Source of the DNA: Octopus sinensis
Taxonomy: Eukaryota
Direction of reading: 5' to 3'
Assembly: GCF_006345805.1 (NCBI RefSeq)
Contig: NC_042997.1
Location: 172,298,001-172,362,000, forward strand
Length of the DNA: 64,000 bases
This document shows, piece after piece, positions 24,781 through 38,379 of the stretch. The notes under the pieces are model-generated. The model did not search any database. It was given only the letters and a program-made list of their open reading frames with translations, and was not told the origin of the DNA. The stretch's first letter is position 1. Each line of letters opens with the position of its first letter. A program made the position numbers and the translations under genes.

Positions 24781-25204
24781 CTTCTAATACAATAAATGGG
24801 AAAACTAATTTCTGTGTGTCAGTGAGACACACTTTGACCCCCGGCCACTCACTATTCAATGACATTTCTACTATTCCTCATGATGGGATCTGAGTAATAG
24901 TAGACATAGAGAAGTTGAGAGCAGTGGCAAAGACAGACAGAGAGAGAGAGAGAGAAAGAAAAAGAGAGGGAGAGAAAGAGAGTCAAAGAGTTGATGACAT
25001 TTTATTAAAAGTAGTAGTGTTGATGGTGGCAGTGGGAGTAATAATAAGAGAGAGTGAAAGAGTGGGTATATAAGAGAATGAGGAAGATGATATACAACAT
25101 TGTTTAACTATGTCTCTGTGGCCAATATACTGAACACTGAACCAACATGCTGAACATTATCATTTTTGTTTTATTTTTTGTTTTCTTTAATACATATATA
25201 TATA

Positions 25205-25450
25205 GTGAGAATTTACAAAAACATCAAAAGAGGAAGATGGGTGTGTAAACAACAAACAGATGTATTACTTTAACACTTGGGAAGTGAGAAAGGCTTTTAC
25301 GTTTCCAATCTACACTCTTCAATAGAAAAGAACACAGAAATAAACAGCAAGAGAAATTAGAAAAAGGTTTAGTGGCTAGTGATCTATCATGGCGGATGCC
25401 AGACAGAGGGGTCACACAGGAGAGCTAGGAAGAAGAGGATCCCAAAACGA
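25205..25450 (-). mobile_element. (TA)n-adjacent mini-element with decayed minimal hammerhead
   Basis: Homologous to 49945-50135(-) and 51864-52078(+); minus strand reads TTTT-CTATTGAAGAGTGTAGATTGGAAACGTAAAAG. Confidence 0.6.
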
Positions 25451-26989
25451 AGGTACGCATGTGTGTGTATGTGAGAGTGTGTATGTGCGTGTGGAAGGGG
25501 GCTGGTGACCTTGACATGTGCGTGTGTGCATGTATAGGTGTGCGGATGATGGTGTAGGTGCTGGGAAGTGGTCAGCGCTAGTGTGTGTGGGGTGGTGTGA
25601 TGTTGTGTGGTGTGGTATGGTGGTGTGTGGTGTGGTCTGGTGTGGTGGTGTTGGGGTGGGGGTGGGGGGCGAGAGTGGGGGCAGCAAGGGTGGGGCTCTA
25701 AGGGATAGAGTAGGGGTGGGATGGGATGTATGGGGATGGTGGGTTGGAATGTGTAGGGGTACACACACACACACACAGATATAAAATACACTTTAACTGA
25801 AATAAAGATTCCCCAAAATTAAATATTTCAAATATAATAAATGTGAATGTCAGTGTGTCACACTTTTTCAACTTTAATAAATCGTTTCTACTGGAAGCAC
25901 AAGACCTCAAATTTTGAGGGAAGGGATTAAGTCGATTACATCGACCCAGTATGTAACTGGTACTAATTTTATCAACCCCAAAAAAGTCAAAGTCAACCTC
26001 AATGGAATTTGAACTCAAAACCTAATGGCAGATGAAAAGTTGCAAACATTTCGCCCCATGGGTTAACACTTCTGCCAGCTCACCACCTTAATATAATGTA
26101 ATAATATAATATAATAGAATAAATGTGAATGTCAGTGTGTCACACTTTTTCAACTTTACTCCTAGAGGCCGTAGCCCAACATATCATACCATTTTGGAAT
26201 CAGGCTGACTCTGTGAGTAAATTGAATACATTCCTGAACTTTTGGATTCCCAAGTTTTCATTACTGTGGTTGTTTTAGGGGATTTTTTTTACATTATTTT
26301 TTGCAACGAACATGATCATCATTGGGATATGACTCTGGAGGAAGCAATTGCATGGTTCCCCATGCCAGTGGTGCATAAAAAACACCATCCAAACGTGGTC
26401 GATGCCAGCACCCCCACCCCACCCCACCCTGACTAGCTCTTGTGCCAATGGCATGTAAAAAACACTATCCGAACGTGATCAATGCCAGTGCCGCCTGACT
26501 GACTTCCATGCTGGTGGCATCTAGAAAGAATGGTTGGTGTTAGGAAGGGCATCCAGCTGTAGAAACTTTGCCAGATTAGATTGGAGCTAGGTGCAGCCTA
26601 CTGGCTTGCCAGTCCCCGGTCAAACCGTTCAACCAATGCCAGCATGGAAAACGAATGTTACACGATGATGATGAAGCAAATCTTCTCATTCGGGGTCAGT
26701 TGCTTAAAAGCTGTATACAAGCTTTTAAGTTAGTAATATATAAAATCTACACACCGCTTCGAGCAATCTACACATACATCCAGACACACACACACCACAC
26801 ACACACTGCACACACACACATACACGCACACACATGTATATACATATATATATACATATATGTATATATACATATATACATATATATATATACACACACA
26901 CCTATATATATAAATATACATACATATATATGTATATATATATGTAGATATATATTATATTTATTTATTTATATATATATATATATATA

Positions 26990-27657
26990 AGAATGAATGT
27001 TTTATATATAATGAACTTGAAATACAGGAAGGGACGAACACGGAACACAGACAATCATTCGAAGCCTTCAATCTTCAGTCAGACACCGAATCATCATAGC
27101 AAATTTCGGCTGTTCAATTCTGATATTTGCTCCAACTCGGCCAGCCCCAAGAAAAAAACTAAAGCTGTAGCATTAGATTTCTTGTAGAAGACAGGAATGT
27201 GAACGCACAAGACGGATGTGAATACAAAGAACGAAAACGAAATTGAAAACATAATGAATAAACAAAATATATATAAAACGTGGTTGTCATACGACTTTAG
27301 ACCAAATGAGACAAAACACAACAACATAGCAGCTGGCATAGAAATAATTACCGTTTCGGTAGCGGGGACACATGTTGGTCGAGATACGAAGGCCAACAGA
27401 ATGGTTGAAGAAGCAGCAGGTCGCAGGAGAGAGAGAAAGAGAGACAGAGATAAGGGAATCAAAGAGGGTGGAAGGCAGGGGACAGAATCAGTGACCAAGA
27501 GAAAAGGAGAAAGAAGGGATTAAGGAGGATGGGAAGGAAGAGGGGAGGAGGATGGGAGGAAGAGAGGGGAAGAATCGGAGGGCGCCAAAATTTTGTGAAG
27601 AAGCAATGGCGGGTAGTAAAAGACAGTGTGTATAGAAGTCGTGCAGGGTTTAAAATT

Positions 27658-27662
<5 letters not shown>
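26990..27662 (-). mobile_element. (TA)n-flanked non-coding element, second carrier of the structured RNA core (27050-27192)
   Basis: (TA)n on both sides; core alignable to 12741-12878, flanks only weakly similar. Confidence 0.65.
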
Positions 27663-27696
<34 letters not shown>

Positions 27697-28180
27697 CAGA
27701 TATATATACATATATATATAATATAATATAATATAATATAATATATATTTATATATATATTATATTATATATATCTTTTGTTCTTTTACTTGTTTCCCTC
27801 ATTTGACTGCAGCCATGCATATATATGTATATATAATTCATTCAACTATAATTTTTAGTTTTCATGTTGTAATTTAGTGTTATCAGAACCTGTAACTGTT
27901 GTTCAGCCAAACACCAATATGTAATTAGATTACCTACCTGTAAGGTAAGCAGATTTTCTTTTATGTAGCACTTAGCTATGATTTCTCTGTAGAACTGGTG
28001 AGACAGTTACATGCAGCCTAACAACAGGTAATGAACCACTGTGTGTGCAGCTGCTCTGATATTCGAGCAGTTTTATTGAGAAGTTCATATTATGGTTTCC
28101 ACAATTCCTTCTCCACATCAAGACTAAATATATTTTAAATATATAAATATATTTTAGCATAATGAATATTTCAACAGACA

Positions 28181-28337
28181 ATTCTATGCAAAGAATTTTT
28201 CACTCAAAGAATTGTACAAACAAAGAAACCTGCAGGAATAGCATTCTACAAGTATAGAATGCTAAAAATAAAGAATTCTTCAAGCAAAGCATTCGATAAA
28301 CACAAACTTCTACAATTCAATAATTCTTCAAATATAG
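28181..28337. repeat. Degenerate 16-bp minisatellite (~10 units, consensus ATTCTACAAACAAAGA)
   Basis: Successive units ATTGTACAAACAAAGA, ATTCTACAAGTATAGA, ATTCTTCAAGCAAAGC, ATTCTTCAAATATAGA, ATTCTGTGGACAAAGA. Confidence 0.75.
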
Positions 28338-28524
28338 AATTCTGTGGACAAAGAATCAGAGGCACAGACATGGATGTGTGGTAAGAAGCTTGCTTTCCAA
28401 CCACATGTTTCTTGGTTCAATCCCACAGCATGGCACACTGTACAAGTATCTGCCACAATAACTCCAGGCCAACTAAAACTTTGTGTATGGATCTCATTGA
28501 AGGAAACTGAAAGAAGCCCATAGA

Positions 28525-28895
28525 ACATCATCATCATCATCATCGTTTAACGTCCGTTTTCCATGCTAGGATGGGTTGGATGGTTCTGCCGGGGTCTGGG
28601 AAGCCAGGAGGCTGCACCAGGCTCCAGTCTGATCTGGCAGTGTTTCTACAGATGGATACCCTTCCTAACATCAACCACTCCGTGAGTGTAGTGGGTGCTT
28701 TTTAAGTGCGATAGGCACAGGTGCCAGGGGAAGCCAGTCAAGGCTGTGCTGGCATTGGTCACATTCGGATGGTGCTTTTTACATGCCACCGGCACAGGTA
28801 TCACAACTACAATTTCCATTTGATTTTTATTTTGATGTTGATGTACTTGACTCAATAGGTCTTCTCAAGCACAGCAGGTTGCCCTACGATCCAAG
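28525..28895 (-). mobile_element. RTE 3'-UTR fragment
   Basis: (CAT)n + CGTTTAACGTCCGTTTTCCATGCTAG. Further such fragments at ~9390-9545(-), 26345-26675(+), 30690-30955(+), 33690-33865(+), 38510-38967(+), 40737-40980(-), 42985-43180(-) and 46370-46810(-). Confidence 0.88.
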
Positions 28896-28929
28896 GTAAG
28901 CTCAACATATATATATATATATATATATA

Positions 28930-29130
28930 GTTAATCCAAACATGAAAACACAAAGAGAAAACACAACCCGAGGACATGGAACAAGTATAGTGTTATTGGA
29001 CGCTCAGGAAAGGAAAGAAAGAAGGAGGATTTAACGTTTTGTGCAGAGCTCTTCGTCAGAAACATAGGAAAAGGAAAGATCCAAGGAAGGGAAGACGGAG
29101 GAAAAAAAATCGCCAACGGTACACACGATA
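28930..29130 (-). mobile_element. (TA)n-adjacent mini-element with minimal hammerhead motif
   Basis: Close copy of 49409-49623; minus strand GTTT-CTGACGA-AGAGCTCTGCAC-AAAACGTT-AAAT. Confidence 0.7.
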
Positions 29131-32100
29131 TCTTCTTTTACTTGTTTCAGTCACTAGACTGCAGTTATGTATATAAATGTGTGTGTGTATCCTTGTCTTG
29201 ACAGAGCACTGTTGTTGTAAAATAGTTGTGTCTATCATACAAGCAGAATAATTCATTTCCAGTACTCTATGGGAACGTGTTTGATCATGGGGAAATATTA
29301 CCTTGCTTGGAAACAGATGCGGTTTGGTAACAGGAAGTCTGAGGGTTTGACACTGTACTGATGGGTTTTGGGTATTAATGAAGGGTTTGTGAGATACTGA
29401 TAATGTTAGGGTAGGTAATGAGAATGCAATGACCAGGCATATACGCTATTGTTGTAGTTGTCATCTAGCATAAAATCAAACAGGCCTTTAGTCAAAGGCA
29501 TTAAATTTCAACGTTTTTCAGAGCATCCTTTCTTTTTATAAGGCAACAGAGTGTGAATTGAGAGACTTTGGCTACTATTCTTTGTATGATGAATGATCAT
29601 GTTGAAGCTCACTCATGGACTTATTTATTCGCAGTTAGTGTAACAAGAAATGACAATGGTTTAAATATTGCATTTTAATGACTCTCTTAATTCTTTTCTT
29701 GAGTGAACAGAAATTTGAAGCTCTTATTCATCTTTTGCTTCTAATCCTCCATAAACCCTTAATTTTATACGATATTTATTTTTCTTTGTTTAGGAGAGAG
29801 GAGGTTCTGTCTCTACTTGAACTGATAATTCTGTGTATTTTCATTTACATTATCATATTCCATATTTTTTATATATAACGATAAACAAGATTTATTGATA
29901 AATTTCTCACAATTTCTTGCATTTTCTTTTTTTTAATAAAATTATGAAACATCTATAGAAAATTTTCAGTTATTGAATTTATGAAGTTTTACACAATCAG
30001 GAAATTGCTAGAAATTACAAATTAATATATTGATTTAAAGCAATAAAAAGTCTTTTTAAAAATTACTAGAAAATCTGAACAAAGATTTACAAATCTTGAG
30101 CTATTTAAATATTTTATAACAAGAATTTTTTTTTTTTTAAAAAAAAGGAAATCAATAGATATTTTTAACAATTTTATTCAGAATGCTAATTCTTAAACCT
30201 AATCATCATCTCAGAACATTTATCTTTCTCAAATAATTCTATAAATAGAGTTTGTGTCGTTTGAATAGTTTTTATAAATAAGCTTTTCAACATCAAAAAT
30301 TTAATCTACAAAAGATCTGAGAAAACTTTTGGCTTTATAATTATTTCAAAGTACTTAACTTAAAACAATATGGTTTTAATTTATAAATTTAAATGTTCGT
30401 TTAATCCCCCAAAGCCTTTATTTTTAAGATAAAACATCTCATATTCTTTATAAGTAGATAAAGTTATACTTACCATTTATAAGTAGATAAGTCGCATTTA
30501 TCACTGACACGCTTTAAAAATAATTTGGCTGTTAAACTGTCATAATTCTATATGGGTATATAATTCTAATACTCTTGTACATTATCAGTGAAAACACTAA
30601 ATATAATGGAATAGATATTTAATTCCCCTGTACATGGAATTTGTGATTTAATTTGAATTTCGGGTTGCACCATTCAAAAGTGATTGTTACCAACGTCGCT
30701 TCACTGGTACGTGTAAAAAGATTCGAGCGAGGTCATTGCCAGTACCACCTGACTGGCCCCGATGCAGGTGGCATGTAAAAAGCACCCACTACACTCTCGG
30801 AGTGGTTGGTGTTAGGAAGGGCATCCAGCTGTAGAAACTCTGCCAGATCAAGACTGGAGCCTGGTGCAGCCATCTGGTTGCTAGCCCTCAGTCAAAATCG
30901 TCCAACCCATGCTAGCATGGAAAACGGACGTTAAATGATGATGATGATGATGATGTTGCAGTTATTTCACTTAGATTTTACCACTGATAGCCATAAAAAT
31001 CCATGGGGTCACAATTTCTGTCTCCTTCATCTAAAAATGTCAAACTTCAAGCCTGCTGAAGAGTGAGCAGTGGGAAATGAATCCTTTGTACCTTCCTAGA
31101 AAACTACTTCCAAAATGAACCAATAAGAAGTTTAAGTGGTCACTCAGTCTGCTTGAAATAGCAGACAAATTTCCCTCAAATCCTCCCCTTCCACATGAGG
31201 CAATGAATTATAACATTCAATGATGTAGTTTTAGAAATAATATGTCTGAAAAAAAAAAGATACATGGTCACAACTGGAATGGCCTGTCGTGTATTACCTG
31301 GGTTTAAACAATAACGATGATATCAAATCAATAATATCTCTTTATAAATATATGGTGTAAATAGTAGAGAGATGATCAGAATGCTTTAAATTATTGCATT
31401 CAGACAGTTGCTTGGGTAAAGAGGGATGACATCTCTCACTTACAATGCCTTTACCATATCCAATTTTAAAAAATGAGAAAAAAAAAACTGTTTTTACACA
31501 AGTAGAATTATCTTAACTGGAAGGAGAGAATTCATTGAATCAATCAACAGGAATATATCACATGCATTTCCAAACGCTAATCTTTGGCAAGGAAACATTG
31601 TTAATGAGTTCTAAGATGGAACAAAGAACCTGAAATTTAGCTTTGATTATACTAATCCCAGTATTTGACTGATGCTTATGTTATTAAATTTCAGAAGAAT
31701 GAAGGACAAAGATAATATTGATGGGATTTGAACTCAAAACACCAAGACAAATTCAACTACAGTAAGATATTTTATTCAACAATCTACTTCAGTGTTATGT
31801 GTTTTTCTCTTTAAATTGTGCTCTCATCAATTTTATTTTTCATTTCTTTGCAAGTAAAAAAATTAAATATGTGAAATATCCTGAAATTATTTATTTATGT
31901 ACCTTCTCCTTTGAGCTATGGAATTTTTTGGATAATGTTAATTTCTGGTAATTAATAATGTTTGCCAACAGCAATAATCCAGGGCTTGTGACAGCTCTTT
32001 AATCTTGCTGATAGTAAGGCAACATCTACAGTGCTGGCGCCATGAAAAAATGCACCTAGTATATTCCGTAAAGTGGTTGATGTTACAAAGGGTAATTATA

Positions 32101-34994
32101 AGAAAATATTGTTCTCTGACCTATTGAGTACTATCAAACTGTCCTACTCATCAAAGCATGAAATGTGGGTGTAAAATGGTAATAACGATGGTGGTGGTGG
32201 TGACGGCAGTGGCGGCGGCGGCGGAGATGGTGGTGGTGTGAGAGCTAATTATCTGATCATAAGAGCTGTCTTTCCAACCCACATTTGGTTAGCATGGTTA
32301 GGTAGGTTTGTAGCTGAGGTTTCATCCAATAGTAGATTAAAAAATAACTGGATGATACGGAATTGTTAATAGAAATTTGTAAAGGAAACACACAAAGGCA
32401 CCAATTTTTAGTGAAGGATATGGGTTGATTGCAACAGGACCAGTATTTGAGTGCTACTTACTTTATCAAACCCTGTAAGGTTGCAAGGTGAAATAAAATA
32501 CCTGCAAGTTTTAACTCCAAATATAAATATATACATATAAACAGGCACAGGCATGGCTGTGTGCTAAGAAGTTTGCTTTTCAACCACATGGTTCCAGGTT
32601 CAGTCCCACTGAGTGACACCTTGAGTAAGTATCTTCTGTTATAGCCTTGGGCCACCCAAAGCCTTGTAAGTGGTTTTGGTTGACAGAAACTGAAAGAAGC
32701 CCATCATATATATATATATATATGTGTATATATGTATATATATATATATACAACACACACACACATATATCTGTGTGTGTGCATGCCTCCACACACACAT
32801 GTGTGTCTGTGCATTTATGCGTTTGTGTGTGTATATCATTGTGTCTGTGTTTGTACCCCACCACTGTTTGACAACCATCATTTATGCTTTATGTTTCTGT
32901 AACTTAGCAGTTTGGCAAAAAAAAAACAACAGAATAAGTACCAAGCTTAAAAATGAGCACTGGGGCCGATTCATTCAACTAAAATTCTTCAAGGTGATGC
33001 CCCAGCATGGCCACAGCCTAATGACTGAGTAAAGCAAGTAAAGGACAAAAGACAAAATACTGCAAGACACTTTGACTACATGTTTTGACCATCAGTGCCA
33101 CATGTTTCAAAGTTCAAATTGTGCAATAGTTAATTCTGCTTCTCATTTCTTAAGAACTGATATAATTAAGTATCTGTAATATTGGAATTGAGTTAATTAA
33201 TTATATCACATCACACTTAGAACATGTGACTTTGTGTTGGGACAAATGGAATCTATACAAAGATTGGGCTTCTTTTGTGTTCAAGCCAACACAATAGTAT
33301 TTATGTGGTCAAACTGTTTTTATCAAAAAGAATATTCAACAGAAATTGCTTCAATAGATTTCTTTTTTTGTTACCATTTTTCTTTCATTAATGTGAAATC
33401 AACATTGTTGAAAATCAATAATGTTGAATTCTTTGCAATATCATGAAATCATTACCAACTGGCTATTTACAATGTTATTAAGAAAATGAATGAAACAAGC
33501 TTAGAAAGTAAAAAAAAAAAAATGTTCTTGCAGAAGATGACACAACAATCAGAAATCTGTTATGAGAGCAGTTGTCAAGCTGGAGATGACCAAGCAGCAA
33601 ATATTGGCATGCCCCAACTTATATCATTTTGAGTTACATATTTTTTTTTTCAACTTTACATCATATCGCTATGTGATGTGTATGGACAAGGACAGCTGTG
33701 TAAAGAAGTGCTGATCTCTAACTGTGGAGGGAACCTGTGGTAGAGGTAGACCCAGGAAGACATGGGACGAGGTGGTAAAGCATGATCTTCAAATGCTGGG
33801 CCTCACAGAGGCAATGGCTAGTGACTGAGACCTTTGGCAAAATGCCATGCTTGAGAAGATCCATCAAGACAGACAGACAGGCAAACAGACAGACAGACAG
33901 ACAGATAGATAGGTAGGTAAATAGATAGATAGATAGATAGATAGATACACACACACACACACACGCACACACATGCACATATACAATTGGCTTTTTTCAG
34001 TTCATGTGTACTAAATCTACCCACAAGGCTTTGGTCAACGTGTGGCTAAAGTAAAAGACACTTACCTAAGGTACCACACCCTGGGACTGAACCAGAAAAC
34101 TTGTGGTTGGAAAGCAAACTTCTTAAGCAGACAGCTATGCCTCTGCAACAATGTTGATACTTCACTTGTCACAATTTGCGTGAAACAGTGTGGTATTTAC
34201 ATTCTTCGTTGACATTTTGACCTCTCTCTCTCTGCACTTTGGGAAACCTCTGGAATAAAAAAAAAAGAAGTCCTTTACTCAAAAAAACAATAAATAAAAT
34301 AACAGATGAAAGTTGGCAACAAACAGAACACCCAACTGTAAAGACTTACTTGAAAATCAATTCCTGTCTAAGCCATGTTTATATCATGGAAAAATGCATG
34401 TTAAACCAATACAATACAGCATCAATTTTACAACTAATTTGACATGCTAACCAGAAGAGAAAGGGTTTTAACTGGATCAATTCTTCCGGTTGTTGTGAAA
34501 CTGAAGGTCAGTAGTAATCAAGCAGATATATATGACATGTATATGGTCAGCCAAGCAAGCAAGTGTGTTCCACTGATCAATAGCTCTGTATATGCTATAT
34601 ATCCGTCTGGTTGAGAGCCATACTGTATATTTAAACAGGCAGATGGTATGTGGCAGTTGATACTGAGTGGTACTTTCTTATGAAGAAGCCTCTATGGGGT
34701 AATGATTTTCTAGAAATAGCAGCAAATCTGTCTCAAATTTTACCCTACTGTCTTCAAAATGTGCATTACAATAGTTGTTGTTACTGCTATTGTTGATGGT
34801 GGTGATTTTTGTTGTTGTTGTGGCTGTTATTGTTGTTTTTGATGGTAGTTTTGTTTAATCACAGGTCAACTCTGCTTGAGTAGACCTTTGATGGTAGTGT
34901 TGTTTAACCACAGGCCAACTCTGCTTGAGCAGACTTCTAATCAAAGGTATTCCAACCACAACCATCATGTCATTTTTGAATTATGATTAGGACT

Positions 34995-35307
34995 TATTTA
35001 TTTATGCACCCTTTTCAAGCCTAGCCAGGCTCATGGGCCTGGTTTTTCGGTTTCTATGGCATATGTGTTCCCCCCAGCTGGATGGGACGCCAGTCCATCA
35101 CAGCATTACTCAAAAAACAGAAAGAAAGAGTGAGAGAAAGTTGGGCGAAAGAGTACAACAGGGGTCACCCCCCCCCCCTGCTGGAGCCTCGCGGAGCTTT
35201 TAGGTGTTTTCGCTCATAAACACACACAATGCCCGGTCTGGGAATCAAAACCGCGATCCTCCAACCACAAGTCCGCTGTCCTAACCACTGGGCCATTGTG
35301 CCTCCAC
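34995..35307 (-). mobile_element. Chimeric tRNA-SINE (family A head and body, family B tail)
   Basis: 12-bp TSD ATGATTAGGACT (34983-34994 and 35308-35319); 5' half matches 62366+, 3' half matches 8994-9110. Confidence 0.85.
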
Positions 35308-35983
35308 ATGATTAGGACTAAATTATTCAAAATATCCTTTCCTTCTATAAGATAATAGGGTTCTGATTTAAGGTTTAAGGGACATTTGGCTGCTATTTCT
35401 AGCAGATCAAACAAGTGTGAAACAATCGTACAGCTGGAACTCCATTCAATTAGCTAAACATGAAGTGTAGAGACGGGAATTGTTTTATCAGACAGTAAAA
35501 ATTGGATCAATAAAATTAAATGGTTCGCTAACAAGTAAAAGTCACTGGTTGTTATTTTAACCCTTTCCCTGTCCAGTATATCACATGTTATATACGGGAC
35601 GTATTTCCCTAGTGTCCATGCATGATATATACTTTTATTCATTTTTTCTTTCTTTTACTTGCTTCAGTCATTTGACTGTGGTCATGCTGGAGCACCGCCT
35701 TAAAGGGTTTTAGTCGAAGGAATCAACCCCAGGACTTATTCTTTGTAAGCCCAGTACTTATTCTATTGGTCTCTTTTGCTGAACTGCTAAGTCATGGGGA
35801 CGTAAACACACCAGTGTCAGTTGTCAAGCGATGGTGAGGCAACAAACACAGATAAACACACACAAGTATGATAAAAATTTTCTCATGGCTGGACAAGTTT
35901 TCTCAAATTATTAGAAAAGAATGGTATCAATTGTATTATTGTGATGATCATTTACAGTTACCACATGATGTCAAGACAAGAAG

Positions 35984-36024
<41 letters not shown>

Positions 36025-36539
36025 CACACACACACACGCATGCACACGCATGCACACATGCACACACACACATATACACACTCACACACATGCACACACA
36101 CACACACACAAGATGGGCTTCATTCTGTTTCTGTCTACCAAATCTGCTCACAAGGCTTCAGTCTGCCCACAGCTATAGTAAAGGGCACTTGCCCAAGGTG
36201 CAACACAGTAAGACTGAACGCAGAGCCATATGGTTGGGAAGCAAGCTTCTCACTACACAACCATGCCTTCACTTAGCTCTCATACTCATAAGGCTAATTA
36301 CCCAGTTTGCATGACATACAAGTGGCTGAGATCACAACATTTCTCCCTGAATGAAACACTGTTCTGTGGCAGTGGAGCACAAGGCCAGCAATTTTGAGGG
36401 GAAGATTACAAATCAATTGCATAGACAACCCCACAACTTCAGTGGTACTTTATTTTATCTTTATATAATATATGTTTATGTGTGGTTGTGTTTGTACTCC
36501 CTCCTACCATATGAACCTTTCTATTATTATAGGCACAAA

Positions 36540-36950
36540 AAGGCAGTGAGCTGGCAGAATCGTTAGCACACTGGGCAAAATGCTTAGCAGTATTTCATCT
36601 GTCACTACATTCTGAGTTCAAATTCTGCCAAGGTTAACTTTACCTTTCATCCTTTTGAGGTTGATTAAATAAGTACCAGTTACTCATTGAAGTCAATGTA
36701 ATTGACGTAATCCCCTCCCCCAAATTTGAGGCCTTGTACTTCCTGTAGAAAGGCACAAAGCCTGAAATTTTGGGCAAGAGGGCTAGTTGATTACATCAAC
36801 CCCAGTGCTCAACTGGTGCTTTTATTTTATTGACCATGGAGAGGTGAAAGACAAAGTTCATCCTTGCAGGATTTGAACTCAGAACAAAAAGAATTGAAAG
36901 AAATGTAGTGAAGTATTTTGTCTGACATGCTAACAATTTTTCCAGCTCAT
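36540..36950. mobile_element. Two Nin/Deu-domain SINEs in opposite orientation
   Basis: CCTTTCATCCTTTTGAGGTTGATTAAATAAGTACCAG on + (36540-36750) and a diverged minus copy (36755-36950). Confidence 0.7.
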
Positions 36951-38150
36951 CCCCTCAAAATCCCCTACACCATCTCTCAAGTGTGGGATCTTATACCTAT
37001 GTAAGAAATCAATAACTTAAGCATAGGTCAACCATTTTTGGCAGAGAGAAAGAGAGTAGAGTCAATAAAATTCTCCCTATTCCTCAATACTTGTTTGGTG
37101 CTTAATCAATTGATCAAAACAATGAAAATCAAAGTCAGTCTTAGCAGCATTTGAACTCTGAATGCGAAGTAGTATAACCAAACCACCCAAATTGTTTGGT
37201 TGTCTCTCTTTTGATTCTGCCAGGGAAAGATACCCAATGTAGACTAACAGTCTATCCCAGCATGTGATTTGTCTCTCTTTCACCTACCATCAAAAACCAG
37301 AGCTAAACTGCAACTTTGAAAATCTCCCTCAGGGTGTAAGAGACATCTACATTTATCATTTACTGATATCATTAGAATTTGTTTTAGAATTATTTTACAG
37401 ACAATCTGTTATTATTTAAGCACAGATCTTTTACAAAATAGAAGTTAACTAAGGCAAAAGAGCTGATACAGTCAGATTACATTAAATCATGTTGTACTTG
37501 ATACACTGAGAAAAAGACTTAATAGTTGTAGTTGGAAATGGCTATGATCCTGGGTTTGTTTGATCGGGTTTGACCTGACTTAACAATAACAGGTAAAATC
37601 AAGTTTAGCTAGATCTGAACTCAGAACAGTGAAGTACTGCATCAGTAAGCATTCAGTCAAGTATACGATTCTTTTGGTTACTTCCATTGGCTTCCTAGAA
37701 AATAGATAGTCACAGAGATAAAATGAATAACAGCTATGGTTGCAATGTATCGATTAAATCTTGGAGATACATTGCACTAATGAATGATTTTTGATGATGA
37801 ATAAATACTTTATTTTTGATAATCATATTAACTCAGCCACTATAGATCTTGGAAATCACATTAAGAATTAGCTAAAATGATAATAAACCCCACCAATGAA
37901 TTGGATTTTCAATGCGCGAATAAAGAAACAAAAAGAGACATTGAATACGTTTATTGATATATTACCAAGCATGACATTTGTTAATTGCCTAAATGTCTGA
38001 GATGAGATATTGTTAATAAACTAACTTTTCATATTCCAACACGTCATTCCTTAATTTTGATAAACATTTCTTCAAAATAATTATAGCCCAAAGGAAGTCA
38101 CCAATGAGTGGCTGCTAATGAATAGAAACTGAACATCTATTCCGACCCTG

Positions 38151-38379
38151 TTAACCCTTTAACATTTAAACCAGCCTTATCCAGCCCAAAAATTCTACCT
38201 GTTTTACATGCAAACTAACTAGATCTAGCCTCTCACACCTACCCTGTAATGTCATTCTAAAAATAAATAATGATATCATTGAAATCTCAAAGTTATGCGA
38301 TAATGCACGATTAATTGAAGACCATGTAAATACATAAGGATTACATTTGACAGAGAAATCTGAATACAAAAGCATTAGT
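38151..38379. mobile_element. piggyBac-type MITE
   Basis: Starts TTAA-CCCTTTAACATTT; same body as 52694-52914, 53313-53510 and 62807-63013. Confidence 0.7.

Noticed and set aside
24251-24865. Poly-His/Pro/Gly ORFs (also 5036-5679 and 54128-54523)
   Set aside because: Trinucleotide tracts open in several frames on both strands, often at RTE (GAT)n tails.
27936-28123. Possible minus-strand coding exon, including the idea of stops recoded by A-to-I editing
   Set aside because: All three frames contain stops, no homology is recognised, and recoding several stops would be unsupported speculation.
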